From Macrostomum lignano (Eukaryota): a stretch of 64,000 nucleotides of DNA. A program made the translations under genes and the position numbers. The stretch covers positions 62,001-126,000 of the forward strand of contig NIVC01000741.1 in assembly GCA_002269645.1 (NCBI GenBank), in the 5' to 3' direction. This document shows positions 60,264-64,000 of the stretch, in pieces; position 1 is the stretch's first letter; each line of letters opens with the position of its first letter. The notes under the pieces are model-generated. The model worked only from the letters and a program-made list of their open reading frames with translations. It searched no databases and was not told where the DNA came from.

Positions 60264-61265
60264 ATCTCCTGCAGAGCCGGGCATTGGTGCATGCATTGTT
60301 CCGGAAACTGAAACTGCTTTCATGTCTGTCTACTTTCTCCTCTACTTTCTCAACCCCGATCGGTTTAGGCGTGCTGGGCACCCATGACTTGCGGCTCAGA
60401 TCGTTGGAAGACAGTTTTTGGTGTCGATGTCGCATGACCTACTAAAGCCGTTTTTTTCTTTTTTTGGCGTTGGAAAAATCTCTTTAGCTCTCACCTCCTG
60501 ACTATGAAATATTTAATCTAATTCTCTACAAAGACAAGTATAAAAAGCTTGCTAATATTTTTCTGTCATCACAAGACGCAGTTTGATGTGACTCATCCAC
60601 ATCACTCAGCAATTTCCTCAGTTCGCTGGTTGATGCTTCATGTTGTTTTGACAGTTCGACTGTATACTTTCGGAGGAGTGTGCACAAAGTACTTTGCGGA
60701 CTCTTATTCTTCTCGGTCGGTTTGACTAAATTCTGTAACAAAGACTCTACCTGTACGAGCACAGCAGTTCGTCACGAAACTGATTGACTACTTGTTCACG
60801 TAGCTGAGAACTCTCCTCAAGTTTAAAGCTCATCTGAAAAAGTAGGACAGTATGAAATAAATCTGAAGGGACAAGGAATTGGGCTGTAATAAAATACATT
60901 ATGAACTGTTTAAAGGAAATTCGTTGCTTGGTAATGCAAGCGTACGAGCTACATGTAATTTTAAATCTTAGAACGCATCAAAACTATACGCGTTAAAATC
61001 AAAATTGCTACAGTAGCTCGTAAAACTGTCAGGTCCTGCATCGCAGAGCGATCACGAAAATTATTCTTCAAGAGAAAAATTCAGTTGTCTGCATGGGCGG
61101 CCGCACCACCGGCCTCGCCGCCATGGAGCGCTTTCGTGCTCGTTCGGCGCCCCGCAGCTTCCCCCGGCCGTCTCAGTCCACCCGGTCACCTCAGCACGTA
61201 AATTACTGCCACCGTCGCGGATCGCACATCTCGCAGTCTGCACCGCCACCTCGATCAGCGCGCAG

Positions 61266-61505
61266 CTCGGTGCTGGGGGAGCTGTGTGGCATGCAGCTCG
61301 GTGCTGGGGGAGCTGTGTGGCATGTAGCAGGGTGCTGGGGAGCTGTGTGGCATGCAGCAGGGTGCTGGGGAGCTGTGTGGCATGCAGCAGGGTGCTGGGG
61401 GAGCTGTGTGGCATGCAGCAGGGTGGTGGGGGAGCTGTGTGGCATGCAGCTCGGTGGTGGGGGAGCTGTGTGGCATGCAGCTCGGTGCTGGGGGAGCTGT
61501 GTGGT
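61266..61505. repeat. ~29-30-bp minisatellite GGGAGCTGTGTGGCATGCAGC..GGTG(C/G)TGG, ~8 copies
   Basis: Directly visible. Confidence 0.9.
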
Positions 61506-62483
61506 ATGCCCCGCCGATCCGTGATTGGTGCAGCGCAGGTGAACTTGCACGCGAAACCCCTGACCAGATGGCTGGTCATGAAAGTTGACTGAGTCACGTC
61601 ACATGTTGGCAGCACCTGCTACCGTCAATCTCAAATGTACATGCATGCAATGCGTGCACCGTTATTTCACTCTGACAAAGCAAGGACCACTGGTAGTTTT
61701 TAAGGACTCAAGAAGCAGCTCGTACTATTAATTAATCCCTTTGATTTGTAAGCCGCCAGCGGAAGCAGCTCACGAGGTGCGTTCCACTTTTTAAGTGGGA
61801 TGGCTTAGATATCTGCTGTTACTGAGAAGTCAGACTGATTTTGGGGTACACACGACCTTTAGACCCACGTTGGCCTTCCGACTGGTTATACTTATACTCT
61901 AGCCGGCGACAGATCGATCAATATCGCAAACAGATATGTACAAAACAGATGTAAAAACATGCAAACCAACTACACAACAATATCTATGGCAATTCTCGAC
62001 CGATTTTCTTGTGTAATGCTTCAGAGCTCTAACTTCGATGTAATACACCATTTTACCTCTTGTTTTGAACAAAGTCTTGTTGGCTCAAGTTGACCAACTG
62101 ACACTGACTCATTCCTGTTCTACATTTTATTCTTATGTTCGTTGACATCTTGGGCCGCATGCAGAAAGCTCTGTCTAGGGTAGTCCGGTCTTGAAAAGCT
62201 AGTCTGGACTTGGATTTGGTATGCAGAAACACAAAGTTAGACCGGTCTACTATAGCATAACTAGGCTAGCTAGACCATAGACTATAGACTGAACTACTCA
62301 AGTCCGGACTAGCTAGTCTGGAAAATAGTTAATAGTTTATCGATTGAACTCGATCAATTCAAATAAACTAAAATCATCACCACCTCTAAGTATGGCGCAA
62401 CGGGTTAACAATGATTGGCCGTATGCAGAAAGCTTAGTCCAGACTAGCTAGTCCGGACTGGGTAGTTTTGTCTAGGGTCTTAA

Positions 62484-63240
62484 CCACTACAAGACTGCCT
62501 TTGCCTGCTAGCATACCCGTTCCCGACGGCTTGGTCCGAAATCGGGCCATAGACAAATTAGACAAATTTTCTTAGTCTAACTTTCACACCCGTAGACGTC
62601 GGGAGCTGTTAAAGTCAAATGCATTCCATAGAGTTCTAGCATAGATGAGTTTCCAAGATCCATTCAAACTAATGTTTATCAACAAGCCGGAGTCAGCTGA
62701 TTCGTCTAGCTATTACTCAACTGCTGACGAGGCCGTTGATGAGTTTGAAGATGAGGTAGAGAACCCAGGAGTCGAACACGTTGGTGAGTGGCACATGGTT
62801 CAAGCTGACACTGATAATCCTGACCATCAGCCTTGCCTTAATTCCTCGGTACCCCCGGTGCACGACCTGATTGGCATTCTCCACATGCTGCGGATGAAAA
62901 CGAAGAAGCTTTTCTGAAGCTATTTCTGACGGATCAACTGTTTGAAGATATTAGCCGATGGACCAACGCAAAAGCTTGGAAGATCTTTCAGGAGGCAGAG
63001 ACTCAGGATGCTGTACCGAAGCTGGTGTTAAACTGGCGTGATTGCTCCACTAATGAAGCTCGAAAGTTGGTGGGCATTGTGCTGCTCATGGGAGTCGACA
63101 AGAAGCCAGAAATAGCCAGCTACTGGTCAACCGACCTGATCTTTCACTGCCCGTTTCTTTCCAAGCCTTTCTCTCTATCAAGAGACCGATTTAAGCAGCT
63201 CCGTCGTGTCTCCGTTTCTACGACTGCTCCGAGGCTTTAG
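62484..63240 (+). mobile_element. piggyBac-family element remnant (left end and N-terminal half of a PGBD-type transposase, frameshifted)
   Basis: TTAA|CCACTAC at 62480-62490; acidic N-terminus 62645..; FLKLFLTDQLFEDISRWTN, LVGIVLLMGV..PEIASYWS, SRDRFKQL..LRF. Confidence 0.78.
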
Positions 63241-64000
63241 GTGCTGGTCCTGAAGTGAAACGAAGGCGCCGTTAGCAAGAGGATGGGAGAAATCAGCCGA
63301 CACGCGCGTGATGCGTGAACAAGCATCCAGCCTTGGCAGCAACTCCCCAGATGCACAAGATCTGCATGCCTAAAAATAGTCCTGATGATCGGCGAGCAAG
63401 AAGCCCAGCCATGCGACCCTCGCGTGATGCATGCACAACCTCTGACCGACACTGCCTATTGGGCCTCGAAATCCCACTCTCTCTCCCTACTGCTCCTATT
63501 CCTCGTTGCTCGCGTACAGTGTGCTAGCTTATAAAATATACTGATTGAAGAGGAAAGATCCTCGCCTGAAGTTTGAGAATGTGACTCTAGAGATCACACA
63601 GAGAAAGTTACCATCGAAGTCCATTGTTCGTTGTTTTCCTGAACTGTTGGCAGAAGGAAACGATAATATGGGAAAAACCCATATAAATTTTTCGTTTCAA
63701 TTGGTTCCACTGACCGCGTGAGTCGCCGCTAGACAGAAGTCTCAGACACCATGCAGTTACCGCTCTGCTGCATGTCTTCAACAGCCATTCGAATGAATCG
63801 AGAACTGAGACTTTCCTGCCTTCAGTAAAGGAAAACTTCGAACTAAACAAGACCAATGGACGAAGATCAAGAAGCGACGCAGTTTACCCTTCCAAGAAGA
63901 AACTTTCGTTGAGAGATCTACACAATCAATTTGGTCAAGACGGTATTTTTCCGACGTCCTATTTAACTGCAATGTACCTTCAGCCAGCATCCCGATCTGA

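Noticed and set aside
61061-61615. GC-rich ORFs around the 30-bp minisatellite
   Set aside because: No recognisable domain or consistent splice pattern; mostly repeat-derived.

Overview
Eukaryotic (metazoan) genomic DNA. GC3-rich exons, minisatellite-filled introns and a characteristic LINE fragment suggest a Macrostomum-like flatworm (inference). Five host genes were assembled from splice sites with consistent reading phase: an alpha-carbonic anhydrase (+, 5 exons), xylulokinase XYLB (+, 7 coding exons), METTL16 (+, 3 exons), TMEM62 (-, 8 exons) and a single-exon TMEM272-like gene (+). The rest is mostly mobile DNA: a Ginger-type deletion derivative, a decayed Crypton-like tyrosine recombinase, a hAT-like element carrying a Gypsy RT fragment, a full-length RNase H-bearing LINE with a 13-bp TSD, a foldback MITE, a candidate Helitron and a piggyBac remnant. 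The most striking object is a 12.26-kb Foldback/NOF-like Mutator element (19853-32112, 10-bp TSD). Its multi-kb TIRs each contain a TATA box, a splice donor and a satellite array. On the right arm the satellite lies between that donor and a strong acceptor just before the transposase ATG. The transposase is predicted to splice in frame to a USP-family (peptidase C19) deubiquitinase-like domain, and a second ORF converges on it from the other TIR. Other notable patterns are intronic minisatellites that amplify real splice signals, and CpG-depleted, AGGCCT-rich zones confined to the 5' ends of XYLB and TMEM62. No rRNA, bona fide tRNA or CRISPR was found.
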